A stretch of 43,997 bases of DNA from a virus (lineage: Duplodnaviria; Heunggongvirae; Uroviricota; Caudoviricetes). Position numbers and translations under genes: made by a program. Numbering within the stretch: position 1 is the stretch's first letter; each line of letters begins with the position of its first letter. The notes below the pieces were generated by a model that saw only the letters and a list, made by a program, of their open reading frames with translations, had not been told where the DNA came from and did no database searches. This document shows positions 41,528-43,997 of the stretch, one piece after another. The stretch lies in the IMG/VR virus record IMGVR_UViG_2778261068_000003, positions 1-43,997 of that record. One strand, given 5' to 3'.

Positions 41528-42612
41528 ATGAATACTGTCCTGATTTCAGTCTGTCAGCAGAAGGTGAAGACATTACGCAGGTAATAAAACGGGGGCTTGC
41601 AGAACTGCATTACACGGATAATGGTGCAGCAACAAAACAGGCGGATGAGCTGGTGATAACGCTGTTCAGCGAAACCCTGTCATTACCTCCCAAAGGGGCG
41701 CTGCTGCGTCTGGGACTGGGTTTTAACGGAAAACTGGTAAATAAAGGGACGTTCACCGTCTGCCAGGTGGCAAGCAGTGGTCCACCCCGCAGAATCACTG
41801 TCTCAGCCACATCGGCCCCCATGAATGCATCAAAACATGGTGCGGATGTGACCGCGCTTAAAAACCGTGCTTTCAGCGATATTACGCTGGGGGACCTGGT
41901 GAAAACAATCGCCACTGAAAATAATCTGGTGGCGCGGGTCTCACCGGCGCTGGCGAAAATCCGTATTCCGTGGGTGATGCAGTCATCAGAATCTGATGCG
42001 TCGCTGTTATCGCGGCTTGCAGCCATGTACGGGGCCACCAGTAAACCGACGAACGGTTACTGGTTGTTCCTGGAGTATGGCGCCTCACAGAGTCCGTCCG
42101 GCAGGGATGCACCAGCTCTGACCATTACACCGGATATGGTTTCGGGCTGGAGTTATACAGAGGGAGAGCGCGGAGGGGCATCCGGCGTGAGTGGTGAAAA
42201 AAAAGGTAAGGTTGGGGTCAGATATTTTGAACAGAGTACGGGACGGACGCGTGAGCATACCGTTGATGTGGAGTCCACAGATAAGCGTCATCCGTTTACC
42301 CAGGCAGATAAAGGTGCGGCAGAGCACAGCGCACAGGCAAAGGTCAGGCGGGTACAGAAATCCGGACGCCGGATGACAATAACACTGCCCTGCAGGCCAG
42401 CGCTGCTGAAAGCGGGGGCGGAAATGCGTTTTATCACGCAGGGATTTGGGGTACGTGAGGATCATAACTGGCAGGCAGAGTCGGTGGAGTTCTCACTGGT
42501 ACCAGGCCAGGGATTTACACTGAATCTGTCGCTGTCCACAGATATTTCCGCGAAAGGACAGGAGTCAGGGAAGAAAAAAGCCGATAAAAAAGGGGTGAAT
42601 TATTATGGATAA
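41518..42612 (+). CDS. tail protein D (P2 gpD-like late control/tail protein)
   Basis: 364-aa last gene of the tail operon, at the gpD position. Confidence 0.8.
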   Translation: MELNEYCPDFSLSAEGEDITQVIKRGLAELHYTDNGAATKQADELVITLFSETLSLPPKGALLRLGLGFNGKLVNKGTFTVCQVASSGPPRRITVSATSAPMNASKHGADVTALKNRAFSDITLGDLVKTIATENNLVARVSPALAKIRIPWVMQSSESDASLLSRLAAMYGATSKPTNGYWLFLEYGASQSPSGRDAPALTITPDMVSGWSYTEGERGGASGVSGEKKGKVGVRYFEQSTGRTREHTVDVESTDKRHPFTQADKGAAEHSAQAKVRRVQKSGRRMTITLPCRPALLKAGAEMRFITQGFGVREDHNWQAESVEFSLVPGQGFTLNLSLSTDISAKGQESGKKKADKKGVNYYG

Positions 42613-42816
42613 AAAACGTGCCCGGCAGAGATTTATTCTGTTGCAGGGCACGTTCTTAAAACTATTCTGGCTATTGAGTAGTCAGGGTGGAAGCATCGGG
42701 ATTATGCGCAATTCCCGAAAAAATCTTTCTCCAAAACCAGAACGCAATTGATTGATTTTGACAGGATTTATAATACCGTTACTTTAAAAAGCAAAACCCC
42801 CTCAAAACAAACATAA

Positions 42817-43098
42817 TACATTGAATATAAAGGATTAATCATCTATTTCGCTAACCTTCATATCTGTAAGGCGAAAGTCAGAATTGCCGATCGCACGTTT
42901 ACCACGTTTGGCTCGCGCGGCGGAGTGGTGTTTGTGATCAGCGGGACGTGGCAACTGGGTGATAAACTGTTGACCTCCGACCAGGGCGCGTGCTGGTACG
43001 ATGGCAAGCACACCCTGCGGCTTTTGCAATCGCAAGGTCAATTGCTGTTCAGTGAAATTAGCTGGCGTCCTGGTCATTCGCCGGAGTTCGTTCAGTAA
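42817..43098 (+). pseudogene. start-less 3' fragment of a host ORF at the prophage right junction
   Basis: Frame is open from the stop at 42814..42816 to TAA at 43096..43098 with no ATG before a late GTG; encodes ...[76 protein letters not shown] (beta-rich). Confidence 0.4.
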
Positions 43099-43125
43099 TT
43101 TTTTCCTAAAAGATAAAAGGGGATG

Positions 43126-43161
43126 CTGTGTCCGATAATATTGGCATTATCAGACACAGCT
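43126..43161. terminator. bidirectional hairpin terminator downstream of nadE
   Basis: Near-perfect inverted repeat GCTGTGTCCGATAATATTGGCATTATCAGACACAGC between the convergent nadE and the host ORF fragment. Confidence 0.5.
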
Positions 43162-43169
43162 ATGGGGCG

Positions 43170-43997
43170 TTATTTCTTCCAGAAATTATCAAAAACCGTA
43201 ATCGGCGGGCGGCGTTTGTGTTCGGTTTTCAGATACCAGTTTTCAATCGTTCTGGCGACCTGTTCCGGTACGCTTTTCCCTTCCAGGTAGTCATCGATAT
43301 TTTCATAGGTCACGCCAAGCGCGACTTCATCCGGCAGTGACGGGCGGTCATCTTCGAGATCTGCCGTTGGTGCTTTCTTATAGAGATGTTCCGGGCAACC
43401 TAATGCTGCCAGCAGCTGTTTACCCTGACGTTTGTTCAGACGATACAGCGGATTAATGTCCGTACCGCCATCGCCATATTTAGTGAAGAATCCGGTAATG
43501 GCTTCTGCTGCATGATCGGTGCCGACCACGACGCCATTGGTCATGCCTGCAATGCTGTATTGTGCTTTCATCCGCTCGCGCGCTTTTTCGTTGCCGCGAA
43601 CAAAATCACTTAATTCAATGCCAGCTTCGCGTAGCGCCTGTTCGCTGGCCAATACCGCACCTTTGATATTAACGGTTAACACACGATCTGGCTGAATAAA
43701 GGCAATCGCATCCTGGCAATCTTGCTCATCGGCCTGAACACCGTAAGGAAGGCGTACGGCAATAAATTGCAGTGATTCGTTGCCGCTCTCCTGACGCAGT
43801 TCATTAATCGCCATCTGGCACAGTTTTCCAGCAAGGGTGGAGTCCTGACCGCCGCTAATACCAAGAACCAGTGATTTAATGAACGGGTAAGTTTGCAGAT
43901 AGCTTTTTAGAAAATCGACGCTGCGGCGAATTTCTTCTTCAGCATTAATCTGTGGTTTTGCGCCCAGCGCCTTTATTATTTGTTGCTGTAATGTCAT
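43170..43997 (-). CDS. nadE: NH3-dependent NAD+ synthetase
   Basis: Complete 275-aa ORF with the PP-loop motif (...[18 protein letters not shown]...) and overall NadE character; start codon at the window end. Confidence 0.95.
   Translation of the reverse strand: MTLQQQIIKALGAKPQINAEEEIRRSVDFLKSYLQTYPFIKSLVLGISGGQDSTLAGKLCQMAINELRQESGNESLQFIAVRLPYGVQADEQDCQDAIAFIQPDRVLTVNIKGAVLASEQALREAGIELSDFVRGNEKARERMKAQYSIAGMTNGVVVGTDHAAEAITGFFTKYGDGGTDINPLYRLNKRQGKQLLAALGCPEHLYKKAPTADLEDDRPSLPDEVALGVTYENIDDYLEGKSVPEQVARTIENWYLKTEHKRRPPITVFDNFWKK

Larger units (their letters stand above)
1086..42816. mobile_element. integrated mosaic prophage: lambdoid early region and head module with P2-like contractile tail module
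   Basis: Continuous phage gene order from int to gpD; a host gene fragment abuts the right end; the left boundary may lie further left (ORF6N gene at 261..815). Confidence 0.8.

Noticed and set aside
42835-43077. 80-aa minus-strand ORF at the right junction
   Set aside because: It is antisense to the longer open frame of the host gene fragment and has no motif; a GIY-YIG-type N-terminus that would mark a cho-like gene on this strand is absent.
43128-43340. 70-aa plus-strand ORF
   Set aside because: It overlaps the 3' end of nadE on the opposite strand and starts inside the palindromic terminator, so it is a chance frame.

Overview
The window is almost entirely one integrated, apparently intact mosaic temperate prophage in an enterobacterial (E. 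coli-like) chromosome, flanked on the right by host nadE (43170..43997, minus). All protein identifications are from reading the supplied translations against remembered family features; no database search was run. Gene order on the plus strand is lambdoid: integrase and excisionase (minus), a large exonuclease-domain protein, a Rac-type immunity region (DicA-like repressor flanked by repeated operator-like sites, Cro-like, CII/YdaT-like), an O-like replication initiator with internal iterons, a DnaC-like helicase loader, a ninR-like cargo region containing a Hok-family type I toxin, RusA, a putative antiterminator Q with a downstream late promoter/terminator, lysis genes, a lambda-like cos site, and a lambda-like head module (Nu1, A, W, B, C/Nu3, D, E, FI, FII). 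The tail module is instead P2-like and contractile (V, W, J, I, H, tail-fibre chaperone, sheath, tube, frameshifted E/E', tape measure, U, X, D). Features that the standard phage map does not explain: (1) an approximately 3 kb insertion between Q and the lysis genes holding a methyltransferase remnant, an unknown 167-aa gene and a tandemly duplicated ~1 kb noncoding module full of conserved hairpins and terminators; (2) a divergent two-gene moron at the bor-equivalent position before cos; (3) a gpI-like baseplate protein extended to 853 aa by an Ig-like domain and ~20 cysteine-containing leucine-rich repeats; (4) a 138-bp in-frame tandem repeat expansion in the scaffold region of gpC. The right junction abuts a host ORF fragment with no start codon; the left boundary (attL) is not resolved within the window.
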